A program made the position numbers and the translations under genes. Below, piece by piece: positions 16,216 through 32,743 of a stretch of DNA of 64,000 nucleotides; the first letter of the stretch is position 1, and each line of letters starts with the position of its first letter. This DNA comes from the human T2T-CHM13v2.0 reference genome, Homo sapiens, in the NCBI RefSeq assembly GCF_009914755.1, contig NC_060938.1; one strand, given 5' to 3'. The notes beneath the pieces were generated by a model. That model made no database searches and was not told where the DNA came from. It saw only the letters and a list, made by a program, of their open reading frames with translations.

Positions 16216-17240
16216 AATTTGATGTATATACACATGGAATGCTATTTGCCCATAAGAAAGAATGAAATCCTTACATTTGGAGCAGTCTGGATGGAACTGG
16301 AGATCATTATGTTAAGTGAAACAAGGCAAGACCAGAAAGACAAATATTGCCTGTTCTCCCACATACGTGGGAGCTAAAAAAGTTGATCTCATGGAGGTAA
16401 AGAGTATAATGATAGTTACTAGAGGCTGGGAAGGATGAGTGGGGGGATGAAGAGAAGTTGGTTAATGGGTACAAACATACAGTTATGTAGAAGGAGTAAG
16501 TTTTAGTGTCAGTAGCACAGTGTGTGACTATAGCTAACAGCAAGGTATTGTATATTTCAAAAACAGGGAGATTTGAAATGTTTCCAACACAAATGATAAA
16601 TGTTTGAGGTGATGAATATCCTAAATATGCTGATTTGACCATTGCACATTGTATTCGTGTATCAAAATATCACATGTACCCCATATGTGTGTATAATTAT
16701 TATGTATCAATTAAAATATATAGATTTTTAAAAAGATGGCTGCTGCAGCTCCACATATCACCTCCTTATTCCAGGCATGAAGAAGGAAGAAAGGGGAAAG
16801 GTGATAGCTGAGTTCATCTCAGGGCCCCCTCCCGTTCCCTGGGACTTCGGCCCCTGAGCTTGCAGCCGCCAATGCCGCCCCGTCTTTTTGGCAGTTGATC
16901 GCACTCTACTTCCCACTGCTTGGGATTTCTTCCTTCGATGCAAGCCTAGCTGCCTCCACTCATCAGGGGTCCCTTTTTACCTTGCAGGGCCACGTGGATG
17001 TTTTAAGCCATCCCGCCCACCACTGCTAAGGATTTGGTGCAGGAAAGGGAGGCTGAGGCCTGGGCTCAGTCTGCCATCTTGATCCAGTCTCCCTGGCTGC
17101 TTCATCTTTTCTAGAATTTCTCACATTCTACTGACCTCCCAGCTTGCCAGTGCCGCTAACGTCATTTCGGGGTGGTGGGGGAGAGGGGAGAGGGAACATG
17201 CGTGTTCACTTGGCCATCTGGAGCTGAAACTCTTGTTTAG

Positions 17241-17507
<267 letters not shown>

Positions 17508-17567
17508 TGAGCCATGGGGAAAGGGAGCAAAGATTTGCTGGGAACTGAGACTCTCCTTGTTTTTCAG

Positions 17568-17630
17568 CTGAAGAGGGAGCCCAGGACGACGAGGGTCTGC
17601 TGGACAACTTCGTCACCTTCTTCATTGCTG
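17568..17630 (+). CDS. CYP46A1: CYP46A1 exon 9 (AEEGAQDDEGLLDNFVTFFIA)
   Basis: ttttcag|CT...GCTG|gtttgt; 63 nt; N-terminal part of the I-helix. Confidence 0.96.
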
Positions 17631-19414
17631 GTTTGTAGCTTTGGCGGTGGCCAAGGGCCCGGAGCTCTGCAGAAATGCTGTGGACCATGGATCCCTCAAA
17701 CCCAACTCTTTGGGATTTTTTGGGCTATCTGAGCAGAGCTCACCGCAGGGCTAGGGGGCTGGGCTGAAGGGAGCAGAAGCCCCATCTCCTAGCTGTCTTG
17801 GGGGCCTCTGACCTGGTAGTGCAGCTGGCAATTGTGGGGATGTGTGAAGCTGGCCTGTCAGCTCCAGAGAGCTTGGCTGTGTGAATGCAGGCATCCCCTC
17901 ACTCAGAATTTGTGGGGAGGCCTGCATTAGACTGGCACAAGAAGAGATGCTAAGCAGCTTCATTCATTTGCTCATCAGATATTTCCTGAACATGGTTCTT
18001 CACCTAGAAGACTCCTCTTCAGCCGTCAGTGAGCCCTCGCATGCCTCCTCCCCAGGGAAGCACAGGCTGCCTCAGGCACTCAGCTAGAAGCTGACCACAG
18101 GCCTGGGGCTCCTCCCCACCACCCATCTCATTGTGTTAAGCTGTTTATTTATTTTTGGTAATTGAGTGACGTCTGTTCCCCACCAGACTTGATGAGCGAA
18201 GGGTCAGGTTGTTTTGCTCACCTCTGTTCTCCTGGGGCCCAGTGTGGTAGGGAATCCCATGAACATTGAATGAAATACACGAACAAATGATTGACACTGG
18301 GCACTGGGAAGATGGAGGTGAACAAGATGAGGGACAGTTTCTAGCCTATTGGTGGAGGTGGAAAGACAGAGAGACAAATACTGATGGACGAAGAGGTCTG
18401 CAGGTGAAAGGCATGGAGGAAGGCCCTTTAGGTGGGAGAAGCACTTGCAGATGCCCCAGGAGATTAGAAGCGGCCAGTGTTAAAGCAAGGCTGCAGGGCG
18501 CCATTCCCTGCAATGGATAGAAAGGACTTGCGGAACCAATGGCTGGTCCTCATTCCTGCAGCTGGGAACCCAGGTCCTGGATGAGGCTTCTGGACAGACC
18601 TAGCCTCAGTCTCCTCATCTGTAAAATGGGGGCCTTGAGGAGCTCTCCAGGCTTCTATCCAGCCTTCCAGAGAGGGTTTATTAATCCCGTCTCGTCCCTC
18701 CAGTCTATCCCTGAGCCCTGCGTCCAGATGCTATGGGGGACTGGCCGAGGGCACGGTGGGTTGTGTCTGTCTTTCCCTTTGCCTGTGAGGAAACTGAGGC
18801 CGAGGAGGGAAGTGGCCTCCTATAGTCACAGCCCGCGATGCAGAGCTGGGGCCAGGGCTGCTGTGTTCTCCCACCCTGCTCCCAGGCTGAGGGCTCCGCT
18901 GGCTGTGTGAATGGCCCACCTCCACACCCTAGGAGCTGGGCCCTGCTTCCCAGCTCTGACTTGCTGTAAGTTATAGGCCCTTCTCCTGCATTCAAGCAGG
19001 CCCCTCAAGCCCCCTGGCTCCTTTAGAGTAAACTCACGTCTGTTCCCTCCCAGGCCAGCTTGGAGGGGTTGACTCTATCACCTTGGCCAGACCCTGCCAG
19101 AACTCAAAATCAGCCTCCCGAAATGTCCACCACCCCCTCATAGAACCTCAGGGTCATGGGGGGCTTTTGTGTGCACCCTGCATCCTGGGAAGGCGAGGCC
19201 TTGGGCTCACGGACTTTGAATTGTGTCCCCCCCACTCTCCCTGCTGTGTGACCACAGAGACCCATTCCTCTCCACCTCCACTTTCTCTTCTCCAAAATGG
19301 AGGTGAGCACCTCCCCGGGCCAAGTGAGACCTAGACGATGGTTCAAGGAAGGGGCTTTTAGAGCCAGATGCCTGGGGGCACATGCCATTTACATGCCAGC
19401 ACTGGCTGGCATAG

Positions 19415-19825
<411 letters not shown>

Positions 19826-20649
19826 TGAGTGTGTTTCCCTGGGATTGTTTCATGTCTATTTCAGCCATGAGACCAGGAGCTCCAGGAGGGCAGGGACCGT
19901 GGTTTTTTCCCTCCCCACAGCGTACCCAGTGCCTGGCCAGGGCCTGGCAGTGAGGATGGAGCAGAATCCCTGCTAAATTGCCAAGAGCGTGCTTGTCTTC
20001 TGATGGCAAGACAAAGGAGGGTGTCCCTGGGGAGGTGGTATTTGAGTCGGGCCATTGGTTTCCTTAAATACAAACAGGCTCCCTCTGGGACAGTTGCATG
20101 GAGTGGCTGAAGCAAGGGTCAAAGCTCTCTGAATGCACCAACAGGCTGGGTGGGAGCTCTGGGGAGGTGGGGTCAGGCCTTCAATTACAATTATTAGTCA
20201 TCAGCAGCATATAAGGGCGGAAGTGAAAGATTGTGTGAAAATATACAATCTTTCTAGGGTTTAAAAATAAGTATAATTGTAATAAGCATTTCGTATAAAA
20301 ATTTTGGGAAAAGCAGAAAAGCTATAATAATAATAATAAACCCACCCATGGTACCCCACCCACCCAGCGGCACTTCGCTGTTAACTGCTGAGTATCTGTT
20401 CAGCACCTTCTCACCTACGCATGAGCAGCTTTGCCGTGTTTTTTGTCACCTGGTTGCACAGCTGGCTTTTATTCCCCATGAGCCTTATCACAGCATTGCC
20501 TACCTCATTGTAACCTCCTCCCAAATCCACTCTTTAAAAAATTGTGGTAAAATATACATAACATAAAATTTTACATTTTCATTGTTTTTAAGCCCACAGT
20601 TTAGTGGCATTAAGGGCATTCACATTGTGAATGTCATCCCCCTCCACTA

Positions 20650-20952
20650 TTTTTATTTTTACTTTTTTGAGACAGAGTCTTGCTCTGTTGCCCAGGCTGG
20701 AGTGCAGTCTCAGCTCACTGCAACCTCCGCCTCCCCAGTTCAAACAGTTCTCCTGCCTCAGCCTCCAGAGTAGCTGGGATTACAGGTGTGCACCACCACA
20801 CCTGGCTAATTTTTTTTTTTTTTTGTATTTTTAGTAGAGACGGGGTTTTGCCATGTTGGCCAGGCTGGTCTCAAACTCCTGGCCTGAAGTGATCCACCCA
20901 TCTTGGCATCACAAAGTGCTGGGATTACAGGTGTGAGCCACTGCTCCTGGCC
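20650..20952 (-). mobile_element. AluS
   Basis: Antisense Alu dimer. Confidence 0.92.
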
Positions 20953-20987
20953 TCCGTCTCCAGACCTTTTTCATCTTCCCAAACTGA

Positions 20988-21490
<503 letters not shown>

Positions 21491-21731
21491 AGAACTCCCT
21501 TCCTTTTTAAGACTTACTAATGTTCCATTGTAAGCATCGGTCCCATTTTGCATATTCATATATCTGTCCATGGGTACCTGGGTTGCTTCTACCGTTTGTC
21601 TATTTTGAATAATGCTGCTATGAGGATGGGTACACAAATATCTTTTTAAGTCCCTGCTTTCAGTTGTTTTGGGTTTATACTCAGAAGTGGGATTGCTGGA
21701 TCATATGGTGATTCTATTTTTAATTTTTTGA

Positions 21732-22151
<420 letters not shown>

Positions 22152-22231
22152 TAGGGCCCCTGCAACATAGTTCCCAGTGGTTTGGGCACTGTTTTGGATG
22201 TGGCCATCGCTGGATCTCTTTAACAGTCTTT

Positions 22232-22530
22232 GGGCTGGGCACAATGGCTCATGCCTGTAATCCCAGCACTTTGGGAAGCTGAGGCGGGCAGATCACCTGG
22301 GGGTCAGGAGTTCAAGACCAGCCTGGCCAACATGGTGAAACCCTGTCTCTACTAAAAATACAAAAATTAGCTGAGCGTGCTGGTGGGTGCCTGTAATCCC
22401 AGCTACTTGGGAGGCTGAGGCGGGAGAATTGCTTGAATCCTGGGGGGAGGGCGGAGGTTGCAGTGAGCCGAGATCACACCACTGCACTCCAGCCTGGGCG
22501 ACAGAGCAAGACTTTGTCTCAAAAAATAAA
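22232..22530 (+). mobile_element. AluS
   Basis: Sense Alu dimer 140 bp upstream of exon 11. Confidence 0.92.
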
Positions 22531-22613
22531 GCTACAAGTAACAGTGTTTGTGAGTGGGGAGCCCCATGCGTCTCTCTTCACGCTTCCTTCCAGTGCCCCC
22601 TTCTTAAAGCTAA

Positions 22614-22793
<180 letters not shown>

Positions 22794-22837
22794 TGATCAT
22801 GTCATCATGCCTGCTTCCTCCCTGGACCTTTCAGGAC

Positions 22838-22978
22838 AGTGGTTCTCAAACTTTGCTGCATAGGGTCCTCCCCCGGAAGATTTAAAGTATCCTGAGGCCC
22901 AGGCTGCCCCAGACTAATGACATCAGAGTCAAAGAGCTCCCCAGGTCACCCCAGTATTCAACTTAGGTTGGAAACTGG
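22838..22978. mobile_element. MER5A-like hAT-Charlie MITE
   Basis: Terminus cagtggttctcaaactttgctgca. Confidence 0.6.
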
Positions 22979-23386
22979 CCCTTTAGTAAATGGTGCCGTA
23001 TTTGTGCTTCCCGGCTAGGCTGGGGTTCCAGATCCTTAAGCTTCCCCTGGTGGAGTCAGGCTCAGCAGCGCCTCTCCATGCTGCCGCCGCACAGCAGGAG
23101 GGCTTGCAGCTTCTGCTGTGGCTCTCTGGAATGGTGGGACCCCTGATTCCTGGTCCCAGCTCTGCCATTGTGGCCTTGCACACTCCCTTCTCCTTCTGGA
23201 CCTCAGTTTCTCCATCTGTCACGTGACGGTGAGGCTGATGTCCCAGGGGCCTGGGACCCAGGCCAGGGTGAGGGTATGCACTCAGCCTGTGGGTGGGAAA
23301 GACAGGGGTCCCAGGCATGCCGCCGGCCGGCATGATCTGTGGCCTCTCCCGACTCTCCTTGTTATCTCCCCTTGTGGCTTCTCTAG

Positions 23387-23656
<270 letters not shown>

Positions 23657-24073
23657 TGAGGGCTTTTTCCCCTCCTCACACTGTCCAGCAGAAGATTACA
23701 GGGGGTCATTCTGGAAGGGAGGTGCCCCATTTACAGCTGAGGACACTGAGGTTCAGAGAGGTTAGGTCACTTTCCTGGGGTCACACAGCTGGTGAAAAGC
23801 AGATATGGAAATTGCCCAGTTTCACAGTTGACCCAAACTTGTCCTGGTTCCTTCTCTCCTCACGTTTTACAGCCCTTTCTCTCTCGGCTTTCTCCCCAGA
23901 CCTCCTTTATTTTGTGTCTCTTTGTTTGCTTACTTGTTCATTTATCCATTCATCCAGGCATTTACTCATGTATGATAGCCCCTAAACCCACCCCCAAACC
24001 AGGAAACTAGGATATAGTCACTCCCTGCTCCCCTGACAAGGAATCACTAATCTGAATTGTGTGTTTGCCATTC

Positions 24074-24075
<2 letters not shown>

Positions 24076-24110
<35 letters not shown>
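24076..24110. repeat. (GT)17 microsatellite
   Basis: Direct read. Confidence 0.97.
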
Positions 24111-24111
<1 letters not shown>

Positions 24112-24744
24112 CTGTGTGCATTCACGCAGTAATATATTGTAGGACTTGTTTTTTGACTCAGTATAAAGTTGGTAAGATTTGTGTAGGTTTCTCCACAAGG
24201 CCGTAGGACAACCACCATCGCTGATCAGTTCTCAGGTGACAGGCATTTGAGAGGTGTCCAGTTTGTCCCTATCTCGAGCACCACAGCAACGATGCCATTT
24301 CTGTCCGCATGTCCAGGAACAGTGTGCAAGCCAGCTCCTCGGACATTTACCCAGAAGTGAGAGGGCTGGGTTGTAGGACCCCTGACTGTTCAGCTTTACA
24401 AACGAACGCCACATTGTTTTCCAAAGTGGCTGCACCAACTTGGATGCCCAGTAGTGGTGAGAGAGAGCACCTGCTGTTCTTCATCATCTCCAGCACTTAG
24501 CATGGTCCGATTTTGTGTCTGCTGCCATCCAAATATGTGTTTTTAAAAAAGTATTTCACTGTGGTCTTGATTTATGCTTTCCTGATTACTAACTAGTAAG
24601 CGTGAGCATCTGACCCTGCTTTCTCTGTCTCTGAGATGTGGGCTCAGTTTCCCTTTTGGGGTAGTGTGTTTTTTCGTATTGCTATGTAGAGCGTTATTTT
24701 ATTTTATTATTTTTTACGGCATACATTTATTTACTATTATTTTC

Positions 24745-25040
<296 letters not shown>

Positions 25041-25314
25041 TAGAGCTTTCTTTTAAAAACTCACGTGTTAATCTTTTGTCTGGTATGTTTGTCATCTTTG
25101 TGGCTTGTCTTCATTAATGTGTTTTTGATGATCTGCATGTCTTAATATTTTTAACAATTACTTCTTTTGCTTTGTCTTGTTTAAGAAATCCTTCTCTATC
25201 CTGAGTTCAGGACATTCACTTACATTGTCCTCAGTTTTACATTTTTCTTTTCAAAGTTGAGCTTGTAACTACCTGGAATTGATTTTGTGTGTAGTTTCAA
25301 GGTAGGGACCTTTC

Positions 25315-25694
25315 TGTATTGACTTGCCAGGGCTGTTGTAACAAAGTGCCACAGACTTTGGCTTAAACAACAGAAATTTATTTTCTCCCAGTCCTGGAGG
25401 CTGGAAGTCTGAGATCAAGGTGTTGGAGGTTGGTTTCTTCTGAGGGCTCACTCCTTGGTGTGCAGACAGCCACCTTCTCCCTGTGTCTCCACATGGTCTT
25501 CCTTCTGTGTGTCTGTGTCCTAATCTCCTCTTATAAGGACACCAATCAGGTTGGATTAGGGCCCATCCTAAGTACCTCATTTTAAGTTAATTACCTCGTT
25601 AAAGACCTTGTCTCCAAACACAGCCGCATTCTGAGGTACTGGGGATTAGGACTCCAACATGAGGATTTGTGGGGGGCAAAATTCAGCCCATGAC
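25315..25694 (-). mobile_element. MLT1B-like MaLR solo LTR
   Basis: tgtatt…ggcttaaacaacagaaatttatt…ctcttataaggacacc…attcagcccatgaca; ~380 bp. Confidence 0.85.
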
Positions 25695-26449
25695 AGGATC
25701 CTTTTTATTTTTACCTGTGAGGAAGGAGGAGCCCCAGTCCCTGCTCCCAGCCCCTCTCCTCCCAGGGTTCTGCCCTGCCTCCTCCAGCATCCATCCAAGC
25801 CTCATCTGTGGCCACTCTGCCATCTGTTTTGCCAAGCTTTCTTTTTTAATGCTCCTGTACCAATACCACTGTGCCTTAACAGCCATCTCCTTAGATCCCC
25901 TTACAGCCAGCAGGGGAAGCCCTGTGGCTCACTCTCAGCCTGGGGGTGCCACCCTGTGGGCTTTGAGTGGGCAGACTGGGCTCCAACCCCACCTCTGCTC
26001 CTGGCTGGCTGGGTCATCTCCATCAGGCCTTCGGCTTCCTCTTTGTTAGGTGGGGGGAGTGGTGAGCATCAGTAGGATGACGTACATCATGTGTCTGGCA
26101 ACAATCCCCGGCACATCTTAGGTGCCCTAAACCCAGCCCCCACACCGGATGCTCCCACACACTTGCTGGAGCTCAGCTCCAGGGCTCCCTGCACCCTCTG
26201 CTGCACTGACCCCCAGCACAGAGAGCCAGGGGTGGAACAGGCTTAGGAGGAGATTTTGTCCCAGTGTTTGGAGGCCAAGGACACAGAGTGAGCATCAGCC
26301 CCACTCAGGAGGCACCACACGTGCACGTGGAAGGCTGGTGGGGTCTGCAGTTCCTCCACTCCCACCCCTGCTGAAGTAGGCCTTGAGTTGAAGAGAAACT
26401 GAATATAACAGTTCTCGGGATCTAGAGGAAGTTGGCCTCACAGAGTCAG

Positions 26450-26560
26450 ATCTGAGTTTGAATCCCGGTTTGGCCATTTATTTGCCTGGTGACTTCAGGT
26501 GAGTCACTGAGCCTCTCTCTGGGTCTCAGTTTCCTCATCTGTAAAATGGGGACAATGACG
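26450..26560. mobile_element. MIR SINE (further MIR fragments at ~27040-27130 and ~27290-27410)
   Basis: tctctgggtctcagtttcctcatctgtaaaatgggga MIR core. Confidence 0.75.
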
Positions 26561-26687
26561 GCTCCCCTACAGGGCTGAGCCCAGCACAGGATGACGCAGT
26601 ACGCCCAGCTGGCACAGTCAACTGTCCCCGCTCTTCCTCTTAAGGGATTTTCTAGGGGGCCAGTGCAATGGACACCAACCTAGATGA

Positions 26688-26909
<222 letters not shown>

Positions 26910-27394
26910 TAAGTCCCTCCTGGAGCTGCCCATGAGTGGGGCTGGCGGGAGAAGGACAGACACAGCGGCCTCTGGTCTGAGCCAGAGGCACCCACTCAGC
27001 CCACATAGCCTTCCAGATCCCTGTGAGGTGGTTGTGGAGGAAATCACAGCTCAGAGAGGTTAAGTAACTTGCCCAAGTGGCAGAGCAGGGGTCTGGCCCC
27101 AGCTCAGTCTGGTTCTAAAGCTCATGCTCATAAGCAGCACCAAATACTGGGAAGCTGGGTGACTTCACCTCCCCAAGCCTTGAGGTTCCTGTCTGAGAAA
27201 TGGGACCATCCGTGGCTGCATCTGCAAGTTGCTGTGGGGGTCAACGCGTTAAGGTACCGAAGCCATGGTGGGAAGAGCTGGACTCCACAGCCTGCCTGAG
27301 TGTTCAGATCCAGGCTCTGCCCAGAGCTGGATGTAAATTTATGACCTGGAGTGAGTTGTTTTGCCCCTCTGAGCCTCAGTTTCTCCATCTGTGA

Positions 27395-28164
<770 letters not shown>

Positions 28165-28740
28165 GGGGGCCTCCAGGCAGGACGAGACTCCTCGGGCAAG
28201 GGCCGTGCCCGCCCACCTCTGCTGCCCACGGCCACCCACCCTTCTCCCCTGCCCCGTCCCCTGGGCCACCCTTCACGCTGGCTTCCAGCGGGCCCTCTGC
28301 CGACCGCCTGCTTCACACCCCTCAGCGCTCCCTGTCGCCTGCGGACTCCATGGCCCTTCCTGGACTGGCCCTTGCCCAACTCCCAGCCACCACCACTGTC
28401 CCTACCACTGAGCCCTTGCACAGGCCACTTGCTCAGACGAGACACCCTAACTCTTGCTCACTCCCTAAAGCCCTCTTCAGGGGTCACCTCCTCCAAGAAG
28501 CCCTCCTTGCCACCCCCCGCCGGCAGGGGCCCCTCCTCTGTGCTCCCTCGGTCACCTGTGCTACCTCTAACACCACACTGACCACACTGTATCGTGAGTG
28601 TCCGTTGACGTGACCAATTGCCCTGCCAGGCTGTCAGCGCCTCAAGGGTAGGGTCTGCGTGTGATTTGTCTCTGAGCCCCCTGTGCCCACCCAGGGCCCG
28701 GCACAGAGTCGATGCTCAATAAATGTGTGTTGACTGCATG
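28165..28740 (+). other. CYP46A1: CYP46A1 3' UTR (end approximate)
   Basis: Runs from the stop codon to ~15-20 nt past the first AATAAA (28718-28723). Confidence 0.85.
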
Positions 28741-28745
28741 AATGA
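28400..28745 (+). mobile_element. L2 LINE 3'-end fragment forming the distal CYP46A1 3'UTR
   Basis: gtcacctcctccaagaagccctcc and cccggcacagagtcgatgctcaataaatgtgtgttgactgcatgaatga resemble the L2 3' consensus (…cctggcacatagtaggcgctcaataaatatttgttgaatgaatga). Confidence 0.7.
28718..28723 (+). terminator. CYP46A1 polyadenylation signal AATAAA
   Basis: First canonical AATAAA after the stop codon (gctcAATAAAtgtgtgttg). Confidence 0.85.
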
Positions 28746-29250
28746 CCTGGAACCAGGCCATGCGCTCTCGCCTCAGCTTGCTCGTCTGTGAAAAGGGGGA
28801 GATGCGGAGGCTGGCACAGCTTTGGAAGCCACCAGCCCGCAGATGCCCCGCAGATGCCCTGACAACGCTGCCTTGGGAGAGACTGCCCCAGGTTACCAGC
28901 CTGTTCCCTGTGCTGTATTCACGGCCATGCCCCTGGGTGTTGTGTGAGGTTGGGCCTGGGTGGGTGACTGGCTCTGAGAGCTGGATTTGAGAGGTCAGAG
29001 AGGCCCCTGGGCCTCTCTTGGGAGCAGCTTGGTGGAGCTGAGCCCCGTGCCTGTGGGCACCTGCTGCCCTCCTGACCTGGCAGGGGGGCAGGGCAGGTGA
29101 GACTGCATCCCTCGTGGTGGTGATGGGAGAAGCCGTCCCTTCCTCTCCAGGGCCGTGTCCTCTGAGCTCATCCAAGGAAGAGGTCCTGCCCTGAGTTTCT
29201 CCTTCGGCCATTGGGAGCTTGTCTTTGTGCAGAGAGAAAAAGCGCCCTCA

Positions 29251-29935
<685 letters not shown>

Positions 29936-30927
29936 CTAGCACCTCGCCTGACCACGTGGGCACCTGGCCAGCCCATCATCAAGCTGCACCCTCCACCCTC
30001 TCCATTTCCAGCTCGCTGTCTGAGGGGCCCCCAAACTCACCACTCACTTTGAGAATGGTATGCCCGGGCTCAGCCTCCAGCCACCTGGTCAAACTCATCC
30101 CTGGCCAGAAGCAGCCCCTTCCCACAGCCACCCCAAATGCTGCTGTCTCCCAGCGTCCTGTTCCCAAGCCCCCAGCTGGGCACTGTTCCCCGACCTGCTC
30201 TGCTGTGCCCCCCACTCCGCCCTCTGCAGCCCTTCTCTGAGTCTCTGAGGTTCACCAGTACCCACACACCTGCCCACGCTTCCCACAGTCCATGCCCTCT
30301 GCCTCCTGCTGTGGCTGGGCCTAGTCCCCACAGTACAGCACCTCCTTCACAGTCCATCTAAAAGGGCCACAGGCCACCAAGCCTCAGTACTGCAGCAATG
30401 CAACCCAGCATTGTCTGGAGGGGCCTGGAGGGATCGGCTCCCTCCAGAGACTTCAAGTTCCCGGCTTGACCATCCCCTGATTTGGCAAATATCTGTCTGT
30501 TGCTGAGCCTGAGCCTTCACACCATGATTTCTTCAAATCCTGCCAGGAAACAGGAGCCAACTATGCCCCATTTCACAGATGGGGAAGTCCAGGCCAGAGC
30601 CACAGCTGGGCCATAGTGGAGTCAGCACTTGAACCCATGGCCCTTTGCATCCAGTGGCCTTCCACAGGCTCAGCATGCCCTATCCCTGCAGGCCTGGGCT
30701 TGTCTTCTGCACGCCCCAGGAATCCCAGATGGCTGGGAAGTGCAGAGCCAGAACCCCCCAGCCCCACTGTCACTGCCGGTGGGGCCATCCTGCCCTTCCT
30801 TTCTGAGCCACTTCCTCTTCCATAGACTGGGCTTTCTGTGAGGGGCAGGTGGCTCTCAGTCCATGCTGCATGGGGGAGCCACCTGGGCCAGGTGAATCAG
30901 CCTCTGGGGTGGGGCCCAGAAACTCTT

Positions 30928-31226
30928 CTTTTTCTTTTTTCTTTTTTGAGATGTAGTTTTACTCTTGTTGCCCAGGCTGGAGTGCAGTGGCACAATCTCT
31001 GCTCACTGCAACCTCCGCCTCCTGGGTTCCTCAGCCTCTGGAGTAGCTGGGATTACAGGCATGTGCCATGACGCCCAGCTAATTTTTGTATTTAATATAT
31101 TTTTTTAGTAGAGACGGGGTTTTACCATGTTGGCCAGGCTGGTCTCGAACTCCTGACCTCAGATGATCCACCCTCCTAGGCCTCCCAAAGTGTTGGGATT
31201 ACAGGCGTGAGCCACCGCGCCTGGCC
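30928..31226 (-). mobile_element. AluS
   Basis: Antisense Alu dimer with a small deletion. Confidence 0.9.
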
Positions 31227-31539
31227 CAACTGTTTTCTTTTTAAGTCTCCCAGTAGATCCCAATGTGCATGGGCCGGTGCCGCCAGTCCAGGTGAAGCTG
31301 ACCCCCGGGACCCAGGCAAGATGGATAGGATTAAACCCAAGGCTGTGCAGCAAGGCTACCTGGGGTCAAATCCTGCCCCCACCTGCCTGGGCCTCAGTTT
31401 CCCCATCTGTAAGGGAGGACAAATAATAGGACCCACTTCCTAGGGTTGGAGGGGAATTAGTGTCCACACGAGGGTCGGGCTCTGGCACTGTGAGTCTGGT
31501 CATTGTCACCTGCAGGGAAGGGAGGGCTTTTCTGCAGGC

Positions 31540-32220
31540 AAGGCGGCGCAGTCCCCGGAAGACCCGCACGGTGGCGCGCTGGCGCAGAGCTCGGGCTCGC
31601 CCTCCCGCCCAGGCCGAGCGGGCGGCGCCGGCCCCAGGCGCGGAGGGTCCCGAGGCGCGGAGTGGGTGGGCCGAGGGGACGCCAGCCCCGCTCCCGGAAG
31701 CGGGGTCAGCGGGGAGGCCGGGGGTCGGCAGTGGCAAGCTCTGGCCACGGCGTAGGGGTGGGATAGCCACCCCCATTTCACAGATGGGGCTTCCGAGGCG
31801 CGGTGAGGTCTGGCAGCTGCTGGGGGCGCAGGCACGGCCCCCCGGGCGGGTGCAGCGGTCGCTTGGCGGGTGGGTCCGCAGGCCTCGCCGGGAGCCGGGC
31901 CTGGGTCTGGGGCGCTGGCAGGCCGGCCGGGAGGCGCGCCGGGCGGGAACGCGCAGCTCTGGCGGGAAGTGCGTGGGGTCGGGGGGCTCGGGCGGGGTGC
32001 AGGCTGCTGCTGCCACCGGGGAGGCCCAGGGGATGCCCTCACTAAGCGGCTCCAGAGACTGCGGGCCCCGCCCTGCCCTGCCACTCCCTCTCTTGTGACC
32101 TCGGCCAGTGGCAGCCTTTTCTGAGCCTGTCCCCTTCTCTGTAAACCTGGACGTGTTTGATCTACGCTCGCGTCCCGGCAGGAGGCTTCCAGCCTGCACA
32201 TTCCTGGGGGCCCGCCTTCC
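31540..32220. promoter_or_regulatory. CpG island ~2.8 kb downstream of the CYP46A1 poly(A) site
   Basis: Very high GC content and dense CpG; GGCGGGAA (E2F-like) twice near 31942 and 31961; CCGGAAG (ETS-like) near 31555 and 31694. Confidence 0.8.
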
Positions 32221-32682
32221 CCAGGCACTAGCTTACCCAGGGCTGAGCTGCTGAACTCTGAAAACCTTTGGAAACCTCCCTGCCCTCTGCCCTAGCGACC
32301 TGCGGCTGGAGACCCTGAGCTGGCCCAGCCCTCTAGGGTGCCTAGGAGCCTAGGCTGGGTTGGGGGTGGCTTCAGGAACCTTGGGCTGCCGGGTGTGGGG
32401 TGAGAGCCTTGGCCCAGCTATGGCCAGGTGGGAGGTTTTCTTCCTCTGTGCTCTGGGTGCTGGGGCTGGAGGCGGTGGCTCTGCTGGGCTTCAGTGACAG
32501 CCAATGTGGGTAGACAGAGGACCATGCCCTGTGTCCCAGCAATTAGCTGCCCACCTGGGAAGGTTCTGGATGGGACTTGGCAGAAGCCTGAGCCGGCCCC
32601 TCCTGGCAGTCCTGGCTGAGCGGGCACCGAGCGCCTTATGCTGGTCCAGTCAGTTGGAGTGACTAAATTCACATCTGCCCAG

Positions 32683-32743
32683 ACCTCACCCTGGGCTCCG
32701 GACCTCACCCCGGGCTCCAGCCTCACCCCGGGCTCCAGCCTCA
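32683..32743. repeat. 18-bp tandem repeat x3 (CCTCACCCCGGGCTCCAG)
   Basis: Direct read. Confidence 0.85.

Noticed and set aside
31366-32228. 212-277-aa ORFs on both strands
   Set aside because: Stop-codon depletion in a CpG island; Arg/Gly/Pro/Ala-rich with no recognisable domain
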